Assembly: GCF_030144855.1 (NCBI RefSeq)
Contig: NC_082721.1
Location: forward strand, 82,956,001-83,020,000
Direction: 5' to 3'
Source of the DNA: Hypanus sabinus
Taxonomy: Eukaryota
Length of the DNA: 64,000 nucleotides
This document shows, piece after piece, positions 10,133 to 23,284 of this stretch. The position numbers and the translations under genes are program-made. The first letter of the stretch is position 1. The number at the start of each line of letters is the position of its first letter. Below the pieces are notes generated by a model that saw only the letters and a list, made by a program, of their open reading frames with translations, was not told the DNA's origin and searched no databases.

Positions 10133-12740
10133 ATCCAGAGCAGGCTGAAGACCAGAGCGGGGTGTCCCTGAAGAGGAGGAGGGTTGAAGATGGGAGAAGG
10201 GGTCATCGGTGGGGGTAGGAGAGTCCTTGCCAAAGAAGTAAGAGTTCTGCATACGCCATGATGCTGAACTCTTCTTCCGCCGGCTCCATCTCCGAGCTTA
10301 CTTCTTTGGCAAGGACTCTCCTACCCCCACCGATGACCCCTTCTCCCATCTTCAACCCTCCTCCTCTTCATGGACACCCCGCTCTGGTCTTCTGCCTGCT
10401 CTGGATCTCTTTATTGCTAATTGCCAACGGGACATCAACCGTCTTGACTTTACCAACCGTTCCAATTCCAACCTCACTCCTTCCGAATGCTCTGCTCTCC
10501 ACTCACTCCACAGCAATCCCAACCTCACTATAAAACCAGCTGATAAGGGGGGAGTTGTTGTTATCTGGCGTACTGACCTCTACCTGGCCAAGGCACAGTG
10601 ACAACTCTCTGATCCCTCCTCTTATTTACCCCTTGATCATGACCCCACTAAGGAGCACCAGGCCACTGTCTCCTATACCATCACCAACATTATCAGCTCT
10701 GGGGATCTCCCATCCACTGTCGCCAACCTCATAGTTCCCACACACCGCACTTCCTGTTTCTACCTCCTACCCAAGATCCACAAACCTGCCTGTCCAGGTA
10801 GACCTATTGTCTCAGCTTGCTCCTGCCCCACTGAACTCATTCCTGCATATCTTGACACTGTCTTCTCCCCCCTTGTTCAATCTCTTCCCACCTATGTTCA
10901 TGACACTTCACACGCTTTGAATTTTTTCAATGATTTTAAGTTCCCTGAACCCCCCCCATCTTATTTTCACCATGGACGTCCAGTCCCTCTATACCTCCAT
11001 CCCCCACCGAGATAGTCTCGAAGCTCTTCGCTTTTTTTTTTGGATTCCAGACCTAACCAATTCCCCTCTACCACCACTCTCCTCCGTCCAGTGGAATTAG
11101 TTCTTACTCTCAATAATTTCTCCTTTGGCTCCTCCCACTTCCTCCAAACCAAGGCTGTAGCCGTGGGCATGCGCGTGGGTCCTGGTTATGCCTGTTTTTT
11201 TTTGTTGGTTTTGTGGAACAGTCCATGTTGCAAGCCTATACGGGTATCCGTCCTCCTCTTTTCCTTCGCTACATCGACGACTGCATTGGTGCTGCCTCCT
11301 GCACGCGTGCTGAGCTCGTCGACTTCATTAACTTTGCCTCCAACTTTCACCCTACCCTCAAATTTACCTGATCCATTTCCGACACCTCCCTCCCCTTTCT
11401 TGATCTTTCTGTCTCCATCTCTGGAGACGGCTTATCTACTGATATCTTCTATAAGCCTACAGACTCTCACAGATACCTGGACTATTCCTCTTCCCACCCT
11501 GTCTCTTGCAAAAATGCTATTCCCCTTCTCACAATTCCTCCGTCTCCGCCGCATCTGCTCTCAGGATGAGGCTTTCCATTCCAGGACGAAGGAGATGTCT
11601 TCCTTTTTTAAACAAAGGGGCTTCCCTTCTTCCACCATCAACTCTGCTCTCAAACGCATCTTTCCCATTTCCCGCACATCTGCCCTCACCCCATCCGCCC
11701 GCCACCCCACTCGGGATAGGGTTCCCTTTGTCCTTACCTACCACCCCACCAGCCTCCAGGTCAAACATATAATTCTCCATAACTTCCGCCACCTCCAACA
11801 GGATCCCACTACAAAGCACATCTTTCCCTCACCCCTCTTTCTGCTTTCCACAGGGATCGCTCCCTACGCGACTCCCTTGTCCACTCATTCCCCCCCCCAC
11901 ATCCCTTCCCACCGATCTCCCTCCTGGCACTTATCATAAGCAGAACAAGTGCTACACCTACCCTTACACTTCCTCCCTCACCACCATTCAGGGCCCCAGA
12001 CAGTCCTTCCAGGTGAGGCGACACTTCACCTGTGAGTCGGCTGGTGTGGTATACTGCGTCCGGTGCTCCCGGTGTGGTCCTTTATATATTGGTGAGACCC
12101 GACACAGACTGGGAGACTGTTTCGCTGAACACCTACGCTCAGTCCGCCAGAGAAAGCAGGATCTCCCAGTGGCCACACATTTTAATTCCACATCCCATTC
12201 CCATTCTGATATGTCTATCCATGGTCTCCTCTACTGTCAAGATGAAGCCACACTCGGGTTGGAGGAACAACACCTTATATACCGGCTGGGTAGCCTCCAA
12301 CCTGATGGCATGAACATTGACTTCTCTAACTTCCGTTAATGCCCCTCCTCCCCTTTTTACCCCATCCCTGACAATATTTAGTTGTTTGTGTTTTTCTCTC
12401 TCTCTCTCTGCCCATCACCCTGCCTATTCTCCATCTCCCTCTGGTGCTCTCCCCCCCCCCCCCACTTTCTTTCTCCCTAGGCCTCCCGTTCCATGATCCT
12501 TTCCCTTCTCCAGTTCTGTATCACTTTCGCCAATCACCTTTCCAGCTCTCAGCTTCATCCCAGCCCCTCCGGTCTTCTCCTATCATTTAGCATTTCCCCC
12601 TCCCCCCACTACTTTCAAATCTCTTAGTATCTTTCCTTTCAGTTAGTGCTGACGAAGGATCTCGTCCCAAAACGTCAACAGTGCTTCTCCTTATAGATGC
12701 TGCCTGGCCTGCTGTGTTCCACCAGCATTTTGTGTGTGTT
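10133..12740 (+). mobile_element. Penelope-like retroelement (RT plus GIY-YIG endonuclease), frameshifted, with an inverted 5' segment
   Basis: IKPADKGG (about 10530), FYLLPKIHK (about 10757), RPIVS, RYIDD (about 11267). ORF 12013-12339 VVYCVRCSRCGPLYIGET..EHL..HF is a GIY-YIG domain with a Cys/His motif. The 3' tail ends at about 12740. Confidence 0.92.
12645..12680 (+). ncRNA. Degenerate minimal hammerhead ribozyme motif in a Penelope tail
   Basis: CTGACGA (12649-12655), short stem, AAAAC, GTC. The conserved GAAA core has G>A at 12669, so it is probably inactive. Confidence 0.5.
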
Positions 12741-13110
12741 GACTGTTGAAAGGTCGAGATAGGGTGGATGTAGAGAGGATGTTTCCTATGGTAGATGTAT
12801 CCAGAGCTAGAGGACACAGCCTCAAATCTGACTGGCAACCTTGTAGAACAGAGGTAAGGAGAGATTTTTTAGCCGGAGAGTAGTAAATCTGTGGAATGCT
12901 CTGCCGCAGTCTATGGTGGAGGCCAAGTCTGTGTGTATACTTAAGATGGAAGTTGATTGTTTTCTGATCAGTCAGGGCACCAAAGGATATGGCGAGGAGG
13001 CAAGTGTATGGGGTTGAGTGGGATCCGGGATCAGACACGGTGGAATGGCGGAGCTGACTCGATGGGCTGAATGACCTAATTCTGCTCCTACGTCTTATGG
13101 TTTTGGGGTC
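12740..13110 (+). mobile_element. CR1 LINE 3' end fragment
   Basis: RVDVERMFPMVDVSRARGHSL-like text followed by the CR1 3' UTR gatgggctgaatgacctaattctgctcct. Confidence 0.8.
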
Positions 13111-13689
13111 CAAGGTGCAGGTTCGTTTTTAGTGTGAGCTCGGGAGAATCAGTAAAATTTTAATTGCCATAAAGTATCACAGTCACATTTATCACTGGGA
13201 TTATATTTGCTGGTCATAGACTATAGAACACAGAACACCAGCACACGATGTTGTGCCGATCCTCTATCCTACTCTGATTAATCCCATCCTTCATTCCAGG
13301 GGTTCCCAACATTTTTTATGCCAGGCATCAATAGCAGTAAGCAAGAGGTCTGTAGATCCCACAGTAGGAATCCCTGCTTCCATCCTACATATCCCTCCAT
13401 TTTCCTCTCATTCATGGGCCTAAGATGTTATTAAATGCCCCTTATGTGTCTGCCTCTATCACTACCCCTGGCAGCACATTCCATGCACCCACCAGTCTCT
13501 CTGTAAAAGTCTAACCTCTTACATCCCCCTATAATTTCCTCCAATCACCTTAAAAGTACCCCCAGTATTAGTCATTCATATCACATGCACAACCCTACAC
13601 ACCGAATACTGAGAGAAAATACACCACCTGAATCAGCAAGGTCTGTTCAAATATAAACTTTTGTCAACCATGATTCTGTTTTCAAAGCT

Positions 13690-14280
13690 CAAGATTTAAA
13701 TATTATTTCAATGTTTCAATTTAATATCAGAGAATGTATACAATAAACAACCTGAGATTCTTACTATACGCAGACACCTACGAAACAGAACTAAACCCAA
13801 AGAATGAATGACGGAAAATGCTAGAACTCCAAAAAACCTTCCCCCTTCCAGCAGCAAAGCATCAACCCAGTGGTCAGAGGGAAGAAACCGTTTCCTATCT
13901 CACTGCTCTGGTCTTTGTGCATCAGAGTCTCCTGCCTGATGGTAGAAAGGCAAAGAGGATGCTGGATGGATTGTGGGCTCCTTAATAATGCCAAGGGCCC
14001 TGTGTATGCAGCGCTCCTGATAAATGTCTCCAATGGATGGTAGGGAGACCCCTGTGATCCTCTCAGCTGTTCTCACAGTCCTTTGTGGAAACTTCTGGTC
14101 CGATGCTCGGCTGCTCCCATACCTGATGGAGATGCAGCTTGTCAGGATGCTGCTTGTCAGGATGCTCTCAATGGTGCTCCTGTAAAATTCAGTTAAGATG
14201 GGGGTAGGGAGCCATGCTAACCTGAATCCTCTCAGGAAGTGGAGACGCTGCTGTGACTTCTTGTTCAGGGGGGTGTTGCT
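13690..14280 (-). mobile_element. Rex-Babar-type LINE 3' fragment
   Basis: tttaatatcagagaatgtatacaat start, then reverse-strand Rex ORF remnants. Confidence 0.55.
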
Positions 14281-15242
14281 AGGAATCTGAAATAGAGACA
14301 GTAAATATCAGGTCAGGCAGCATCTATGGAAGGAGAAATGCCAACAATTCAGACCGCAGACCATTTGACCGAACTGTTCTAAAGAAGGATCTTCACAATA
14401 AAATGATAACTGTTGTCTCATCTTCTGAAGGTTTCCAAAACCTTCTATTTTAATTCAGAGTAGTGAGCTGTGTTCTTGCGGAGTCTTTGCTTTAGTTATT
14501 TTTAAGTTGAGAACATTGTAGATGTACTATTTGATCCATTAGCTGAAGGGAATTGTGGTCTTTATTCTTGTTGATTATAACTTTGAATAAACAAGCTGCT
14601 GCCTAGTCTACTGAGTATACCTGTTTCCCCAGCTCGTAGAATCCTGCTTCCCCAGCTTGTGGATGAAAGCGGATGAATCTTCATTGGACCCAGTCAGGAA
14701 CATTGTGGTAGAACAACGTTTAGGCAGAAAAGTGGCTTAAGAATCCCTCCACACTGAAAAATGGAGTTGCACGGGAACTCACTCTTCCTGCTCTTGTGCA
14801 ACAGTCTGGATTTCGAAGGTCAAATAGTCAAGATACGAAAGTCAGCATGCCTAGAGCTCAAAGGCCTGACGACTGCAAGTCCAGGCTAGGTATCAGACGT
14901 TGAAGGTTTGTGTATGAGAGTGGGTGGATTGAGGGTGAGCAAAGAGCTTGTTTTGTTGTTTCTCTTGTGTTGTTCTTGTTGCTTGTCTGCTGCTGTGGAA
15001 CATGGCGGCCGTTCTTCATCGGCACCGGAATGTGTGTTAACATTTGCAGACTGCCCCCTGCATGTTCTTTGGCTGTGTTGATCGTTTACAGAAATTACAC
15101 GTTTCACTGCCACGTTTCACATGTGATAAACGAATGGATCGAAACCTGGATCTGACAGTTATGAAAGCTCTCTCTCTGGAGGAACCTTAAGCAGTCACAG
15201 CCAAGAGGAATTATGCTGAGTTTCTTACAGTTTGAGGCAGCC

Positions 15243-15753
15243 TGTCAGTACCTCCAGTTGATCTTTATCTTTTCGTGTGTCTCCCCCAACCGTCAGTCTG
15301 TGGGTTTTATTGCCATGTGCTCATTTGTTTTCATGCCCCATGTGCTCCTGTCCCCGCTCCTGCTCAACTCCAGCCCCTGTATTACTGACTATCCGTCTCT
15401 CACCTGTTTCTCATTATTACCTGTATCGCTGCCACCTGTGTCTCATTGTGCTCCACCTGTCACCTGTCTCTCTGTTCATTGCTCCGTGTATTTCAGTCCT
15501 GTGTTTTCACCTATTTGTTGCCAGATTGTGCCAGTGAATTTTCCTGAGGCCTTTCAACATTTGTATCTGTGCTCTAGCCATCTGAATATTAACTTTGCCT
15601 GTTTCCCAATTCTGGGTTTTGGATTTCTCTGGATGTTTTGATCTCTGCCTAAACTTTGACTCCAACTTTGTATCTTGGGATTTGTTACTCATTTATATCA
15701 CTGTGTGCACAGTACTGGGTCTGCGATTGGATCCCTGCTCCAGCGTCCTGACA
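15243..15753. mobile_element. Solo LTR with 5-bp target-site duplication
   Basis: Termini TGTCAG...CTGACA form a perfect 6-bp inverted repeat. Flanked by CAGCC at 15238-15242 and 15754-15758. 511 bp, no internal coding sequence. Confidence 0.85.
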
Positions 15754-16289
15754 CAGCCTCTCACTTGACTGTATAAAATAACACTTCACTGGGTAAACCA
15801 AATTTTACCTGAACTTGGACTACAATGCAACAAAGGCACCAGACCTGCTCTGAAATCCCTCCTGACAGATGAATCAGTATGTTGTTAGTTTGGGTTTCAT
15901 GTTTATCAGAGGACATATGTCGTGAGGTATCGTTGAGAAGGGCTGCTCTTTTTGTATCCGTTTTACTTTTCTTAGAAAAACCACAAGACTGTGTCATGAT
16001 TTCCAGTAAAAGTGATGAATTTAATGATGAGATTACAGAGGCCTACAGCTCCAGCAGAAACACCCCTCTCCTGTTCAGGGCAGCATCATGGAGGCTGACC
16101 TACCTGATTTCTTCACATTTCCTGAGCAATGTACATGTCTAGGCAGGAAACTTGTGTGAAGGAAGTGGAATTATATTTTCAAATTAGTGAAGATCTATTA
16201 TGTTGATATCTTATTCACAATGCACACATCTTGTCGTAGTTTGAGGTTTCTGTGCCTTAATAATGCAGTCTGCCACATTGGCAGGAGTC

Positions 16290-16630
16290 AGGGCTTTATG
16301 TTTTGGTTCTTGGTCGGCCACCCAAGCCAAACAGGTCAAAGGGTAGAGGCCAGACTAAGAGTGGTCCACTGATTCTCCAGGTTCAGGGGTTCAGCTCAGG
16401 GCCAACAACCCTGACTTGTAAAACAAAACTGTTCCAGAGACAGCAGTGAAGAATCCTTCTACATCTGAGTCCAACGGTATTCCTGAGTCACCACCCAGGA
16501 CCTGCGTGACCGACAGCAGAGAAAACCGAGAGGAAACTCCTGACATGATGAAGGAAGCCCTGAACACCGCCAGAGGTGAAAAACCCTCATTGCTGCCCTA
16601 AACACCAGTGGTGTAATGGGCAGTAAGTAA
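16290..16630 (+). repeat. Interspersed repeat resembling an RTE-type 5' region, with a second copy at about 57860-58130
   Basis: Both copies share agactaagagtggtccac..caggttcagggg..ctcagggc.aacaaccctgact..gaagaatccttcta. The family assignment is from memory only. Confidence 0.55.
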
Positions 16631-17249
16631 GTCACAATTCACCATAATCAATCCGGAGAGCTGAGCTGTTTTTACAAAGTTCTCCTTGACCCATATTTTC
16701 CTTATCTTCCATTTTCGTGCACAGGAAGTAGAACACTAACAGGGCTGATCTGTAACTCATCCCAGGGCTTTTCTGCCTGTGCCCCTGGAGCCTTCCTGCC
16801 TGCATTGCTCATCAGGCAGAGAAGTTCCTCACTGCTACAGAGTGTCTGGGTTTGAACACTGCAGGAGAGGGCTTGAGGTTGCGAACTGATTCAAGATTAG
16901 TGTACGGAGCAAACTGTAGACAGAGGAGTTATGTGATCACTCGAGTCAAGCAAGAAGTTCTCCTTGCTGGTTCCTCAGGTGCCTAAAGAGGCCGATCTGG
17001 GATCCACATGTTCTGGTGCAGTGTACACACGAGCAAGTAGTGGTTGTGGTTAGTGGTTGGGACTTTTGGTCGTTCAGTCTCTCCTTCTGCAGCACAGCGA
17101 AGGTCGCTGTCATGTGGCACAGCTCCCTCTTGAACAGCAAACATGAGAAAATCTGCAGATGCTGGAAATCCAAGGAAAAACATGAAATGCTGGAGGAATT
17201 CAGCAGATCAGACAGCATCCAGGGAAATCAATAAAGAGTCAATGTTTTG

Positions 17250-18205
17250 GGCCGAGAAAATTAAACTGTTTCAACTAATCAGCCTCAACAATTTCTCCTT
17301 CAACTTGCCTCAGTTTCTTCAGAATCGGAGATTGCCATGGGCACCCACATGGGCCCCAGCTATGCCAATCTTTTCATTGGTCACGTTGAACAGTCCCTGT
17401 TCCAAGCCTTCCCTGTTAATGCTCCCCAATTCTTCCTCCACTACATTGATGACTGAACTGGTGCTGCTTCACGCAACCATGCTGAGCTCATCAGTTTCAT
17501 CAGCTTTGCCTCCAAACTCCACCCACACCAACTTCCCCTTTCTTGATCTCTGTTTCCATCTCTAGAGCCAAACTGTCAACCAACATCTTTTATAAACCTA
17601 CCGACTTATATTGACCATACCACTTCTGAACCTGTGAAAAATACTGTTCCCTTTTCTCAGTTCCTTTGTCTCTGCCCCAGCTATGACCTGGACGTAAGAG
17701 GTATTCTCCTCTTTCAAAGAACAGGGCTTCCCTTCCTCCACGATTGATGCTTCCCTCGCCTGTATGTCCTCCATTTCCCAAACATCTGTGTGCACCCTAT
17801 CCACCCACCACATTCACAAAGATAGTTCCACTTGCCCTTACCCACCACCCCATGAGTGGCTGCATCCAACACGTTACTCTACACAACGTCCAAAGGGATC
17901 CAACCACCAAACATATCTTTACCTTCCCCCCTCTGCTTTCCACAGGGATCTCTGTCTCCCTTATTGTCTTGTCCATACATCCCTCCCAAGAATTTTCCCT
18001 GAAAGTGGCCGAGGTCCTGCACCTGCCCCTACACCTCCTCCCTCATCTCTATCCAGGGCCCCAAAACAGTCCTTCCAAGTGAAGCAGCACTTTACCTGCT
18101 CATCTGCTGGAATCAGCTATTGTGTCCAGTGCTCCCAATATGGCCTCCTCTACACTGGTGAAACACGTTGTAAATTGGGGGGACTGCTTCGTCAAGCACC
18201 CTGAC
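17250..18205 (+). mobile_element. Penelope-like element fragment (RT pieces and start of GIY-YIG)
   Basis: Decayed parallel of 11100-12120. KQHFTCSSAGISYCVQCSQYGLLYTGETR in ORF 17764-18204. Confidence 0.8.
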
Positions 18206-18989
18206 ATTTTTGTCTGCTCTGCCATTTCATCATGACTGATCAACTATCCCTTTCCACCCCAAAATCCTGCCTTCTCCCCATATCCTTTCATTCCCTGATT
18301 AATCAAGAATCTACAAAACTCTACCTTAAACATACCCAATGACTTGGCCTCCACGTGGCAACAGATTCCACCAACACAATCTGTAACGACACAGTCCAGC
18401 ATATCCTTCACTCCAACATTACTAAGAATTCAGGATTTCAGTGGGGAATGCAGAAGGGCAGCACTTGGCATAGCTAAAAGCAAGACCTCGACCTCGCTAA
18501 GCAAAAGACAAGTGTGGCCTACTCAGAATTAGTCTATTTTACAACCAACAAACTAGATTAAACTCTGTGATCCTACCAGTCTTAACCATGAATAATGGTG
18601 GCCGCTAATCAGCTATCTAAAGCAAAGAGACTTCAAGAATATTCCCATGGGCAGATATGGTAGGGTCCAGTGTGTGAGTGGTAAAGACAAGGTTGAAATA
18701 TTTGCTCCCATGTTTAATCCATAGTGTCAAATGGATTTCACCTTCCTCCTGAGATCCAGATTTACCTAATTTGGTTCAGTCCTTTTTGTATAAAATGGCC
18801 AAGAAGACTGAATGTAGCAAAGGTTATGGAACAGATAACATCCTGATTGTTATGTTGAGTGTTTCATCTCTGGACTAGCTGTGTCTCCAGTCAAACTGTT
18901 CTAGTAGAGTTACAACACTGTCCTGTCAACACTCCAACAAATCCAATCCATCAAATTACTGCCTAAACTGTAAAAACCACTAAGAATTA

Positions 18990-19700
18990 CTTGGACTCAA
19001 AGTCAGTAAGACCAAAGAACTGATTATGGACTTCAGAAAGGGTCAGAAGAAGGAACACAGACCAGTCCTCAGAGGGATCAGAAGTGGAGAGAGTGGTAAG
19101 TTTCAAATTCCTGAGTGTCAACATCTCGGAAGATCTAACCTGGGCCCAATACATCCATGCAGCTACAAAGAAGGCACAACAGCTGCCATATTTTATTAGG
19201 AGGTTAAGGAGGTTTGGTTTCTCACCAAATACACTCAAAAATTTCTATAGATGCACCATGAAGAGTATTTTAACTGGCTGCATCACCATCTGGTATGGGA
19301 GTGGGGTGGGGTGGGGGATGGCTACTGCAAAGGATCAAAATAAGCTATAGAATTGTAAATTGAGTAAGCTCCATCATGGGCACTAGCCTCCGTAGTATCT
19401 AGAACATCTTCAAGGAGCAATGCTTCAAAAAGGCAGTGTCCATCACTAAGGACCCTCATCACCCAGGTCATACCTTGTTCAGGAAGGAGGTACAGAAGCC
19501 TGATGGCATACACTCAATGATTCAGGAACAGCTTCTTACCCTCTGCCATCCAATTTCTGAATGGACATTGAACCCATGAACACTACCTCACTACTTTCTA
19601 TATTTCTAGTTTAGCACTACTTATTTAATTTAATTGTTTAGTAAACATATACTTAATGTAATTCACAGTTTTTTCCTCTCCAGTATCACATGTTGCAATG
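18990..19700 (+). mobile_element. Rex-Babar-type LINE 3' half
   Basis: KTKELIMDFRK, ERVVSFKFLSVNISEDLTW, FIRRLRRFG, SILTGCITIWYG. Confidence 0.85.
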
Positions 19701-20122
19701 CTTCAACCCTTGTAAAAGACTTGGTCCAAATATGCACTTCAGGGCTAATTTTCAAAGACAAAGTCAGCGATTAACATCAAGATATCTTTGTATTGAGTAT
19801 TGTGTTAAAGACTTTGAGAAATGGTTCACATGTTTCAACTTAATATCAGAGAATATTTAACCTGATATTGTTACACTGCACAGATCTCCACAAAACAGAA
19901 AGGAAATGCAGCAGTGCACCTGAATGCCACACATTCACCACTCTGAACACTGATACTCTCCCCACCAGTCACAGACTGATCCATCTACAAAATGCCTGAG
20001 CTATTCTGTCACCTCCCAACCCTGACTGCTACCAAGCAGATAATGGCACTAGGGCTTGGGAACACAATCAGCAGGATGATACCCAACCCCTCTGTCAAGT
20101 CACACTCCATCTGATTTGGAAG

Positions 20123-20736
20123 TACACTCACTGGCCACTATGTTAGGTACAGGAATTTCCAAATAAAATGGCCACTGAGTGTATGTTTGTGGTCTTCTGC
20201 TGCAGTAGCCCATTCACTTCAAAGTTCAAAGTGATGTGCATTCAGAGATACTCTTCTGTACATCACTGTAATGCTCATAACCTTGTTACAGTGATGTACA
20301 GAAGAGTTACAGTGATGTACAGGTGGCATCCTGGTGCAGTGGTAATTTGGGTTATTGTCACCTTTCCATCAGCTTGAACCAGTCTGGTTATTCTCTTGTC
20401 ATTAACAACGTGTCTTTGCTTTAAGAGCTACTATTTATTGGATGTTTCTTTTCTGTTTTGTTTTTTGTACCATTCTCTATGAATTTTGGAGACTGTCGTG
20501 TATGAAAATTCCAGGAGATCAGCTGCTTCTAAGATACTCAAACCAACAGTCATTCCACTGTTAAAGTCACTTAGATCACATTTCTTCCCCATTCTGATAT
20601 TTGGTCTGAACAACAACTGAACCTCTTGACCATATCTGCATGTTTTCATGCATTGAGTTGCTGCCTCGTGATAGGGTGATCAGATATTTGTATGAACAAA
20701 GCAGGTGTACAGGTGCATCTAATAAAGTGGCCACAG
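20123..20736 (-). mobile_element. Non-autonomous Tc1-derived element, copy 1
   Basis: TIR consensus CACTCAGTGGCCACTTTATTAGGTAC. Minus-strand ORF GKKCDLSDFNSGMTVG..EAADLLEFSYTTVSKIHREW is a Tc1 transposase N-terminal HTH remnant. Confidence 0.8.
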
Positions 20737-21579
20737 AAGAGATATCATTGTTACTGGGTCAAAGTCCTCGAATCTTTTTCAACAGAATTCTGGGAGTATC
20801 TTCACCAGAGGGACTTCAGTGGTTCAAGAAGTCGACTCAACACCACATTCGTAAGCACAATTAATGCTGGCATTGCTGGTCTAGATCTAGAGAAAATTAA
20901 TACAACAGCTCCTCCACAGATCCAGAAAATTGAACGAAATAATTCTTTTTTGTCTTCTTGTTTACTAGATGTTCATGATCTATTTGTTTGTTATTTGTCG
21001 TATCATTCATGATTAGCGCTGTCTGCACTAATTCGCCTACACTACCTCAATATCATCTTCCAAAAACAGCAACCCCTGTACCAAGATGAACAAGGGGAGC
21101 AGGCATATATAAACACTGCTCTCTTCAACTGTCCCTCGAAGTGATCAATCTGAAATAGGTGTCAAGGGATGCCTTTATTGGAAAAATCACGGTGGCTTCA
21201 GTTGGTGTCTTGTAACACTTTCTCAAGGTTAATTAGAAAAAGATATTAAATTCTGGACTTTCCAGCAGCACCCAGATCCCAAAAATTAATAAAAAAGAAA
21301 GAAAGAAATTCCAACGTCATCAGAACAACCCAGTTTGCTAGGTTCACACAACATTGTCTGATGTATAAAACATTCACCTCCTCCACCTCTGGCATACAGA
21401 AACTCCAGTAAATATTCCAATAATTTGGCACCTTCAGGAATTTGGTGGTGGCAGGCAAATTAATTTGCTGGGCTATTGGATATTACTCCTAATATCCAAA
21501 CAATTTTATTTCAGCTTTTATATATTTACACAATAATATAATATCTTTTCTAGTGAACTTAATAGTGCACAGTACAGCA

Positions 21580-22075
21580 CAGTAAGAGGCCATTCAGCCC
21601 ACAGTGTTGTGCCAAACCAGCTAAAGAGCAAATCAAAAACACCCAAACACTAATCCCTCCTATCTACACAATGTCCACATCCCTCCATCTTCCTTACCTC
21701 CTTGTGCCTATCTAAATCTCCCTTAAAAGCCACTAAAGTGTTTGTCTCTGCCTCCATACCAGGTAGGGCATTCCAGGCATCCACAACTCTCTGAGTGAAA
21801 AACTTTCTGCTCACTTCCCCTTTGAATCTACCCCCTCTCAGCTTCAATGCATGGCCTCTGGTATTAGACATTTCAACTCTGGGGAACAGATACTCCCTGT
21901 CCACTCTATCCATGCTGCTCATAACCTTGTAACCCTCTATCAGATCTCCCTTCAGCCTCCGCCGCTCCAAAGAAAGCCACACAAGTTTATCCAGCTTCTC
22001 ATGATAGTACATGCCCCATAAACCAGGAGGCACCCTGGTAAACCTCTTCTGCACCCTTCCCAAAGCCTAAACATC
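21580..22075 (-). mobile_element. CR1 LINE 3' fragment
   Basis: ORF 21650-22063: RVQKRFTR..LERRRLKGDLIE..TRGHALKL..FFTQRVVDAWNALP. Confidence 0.9.
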
Positions 22076-22380
22076 ATTCCCATAGTGGGTCGACCTGGAC
22101 CACTACCTTGGGCTGCACTCCCAACCCTTGCCCCTGGCCAAATACACTGCATTCCAGATAGTGGAGTATCAGGATTTCCAAAAAAAAAAGTTGTCGAATC
22201 ACCATAATTGTTACTGCACATCATTGGTAATATAACCTTCTATTCCATCCTCAGGATTTTTCAAATCCTTGATCTCAACCACAAGGGAAGCAGGAAGCAT
22301 CAACGCCTGAAAGTTTCTGTCCACCTCAAAACGTCCTACTGTTTCATTTCGGTAGCCTCTCCATAACGACATTGAGAGAG

Positions 22381-22570
22381 TATTTATTTATTTATTGTGC
22401 TACAGAATGGAAGAGACCCTTCCAGCCCTTCGACCCACACCTCCCATCGATCCCTCAATTTAATGCTAGCCTAGCATGGGACAATTTACAATGACCAATT
22501 AGCCTACCAACCAGAACACCTTTGGACTGTGGGAGGAAACCAGAGCACCCGGAGGAAACTCACGTGGTCA
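22381..22570 (-). mobile_element. V-SINE 3' part
   Basis: tttggactgtgggaggaaaccagagcaccc is the reverse complement of the V-core in the 3912 copy. (TATT)n tail. Confidence 0.7.
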
Positions 22571-23284
22571 GAGGTTCAAAAGTTGAAAGGGTACAAAGGT
22601 TAATGTTATTGTCAAAGTATGTATATACAACACAACTCTGATATTTGTCTTCTCCAGATAGCTGTGAAATGCAGGAAGACCGTGGAAGCTGTTGAAGGGA
22701 AAGATATCAACTCCATCTTCCCCATCCCCAGCACGAGAAAGAAAATGAAAGAAAATGAGCAAAACTCCAAAAACCCACCCCTCCCCCACAGGAAATAAAA
22801 TAGCCACAAATCCCCAACACAAATCCCCAACAGCTCCTGCAGAAAAAAAAGCAACCACAGTTACAATCCCACCCCCTCACTCGCATCTTTCCATCAGCAT
22901 AGGAGACAAGCGGCCACACAAATCCAGTCCTTCCATGAAGGGTGACCACGCTGCGTCTGACATGGTCGCCTCAGTGGCTTCTGTTGGGAACGATCGCCGG
23001 CAACCACCGCATTCAGCTTGGTGCTTCAGTCTTCCTCACTGCTTTGAGATGGAGAAATTCATGACCCCGAGCCCCGTCTCTGGTCTTTTCCGTGAGTCAG
23101 CTCCTACTCTCGGTCCTTTTTGGGTCTCTGTCTCTGATCTCTGCTGTCAGGACACAGCAGAGTGCTCGATTGTTCAATTGAGTTCCAAACTGCACAACAC
23201 AGGTTCCAAGAGCTCCCTTAACACAAACAAGACAAAACTATAATGGCTTCTCTGTAGCAGCAGTGCTTGCGTTATGACTAGAGA

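Noticed and set aside
11040-11939. 299-aa host gene
   Set aside because: It is a frame-shifting patchwork of the Penelope RT region, in frame only in parts.
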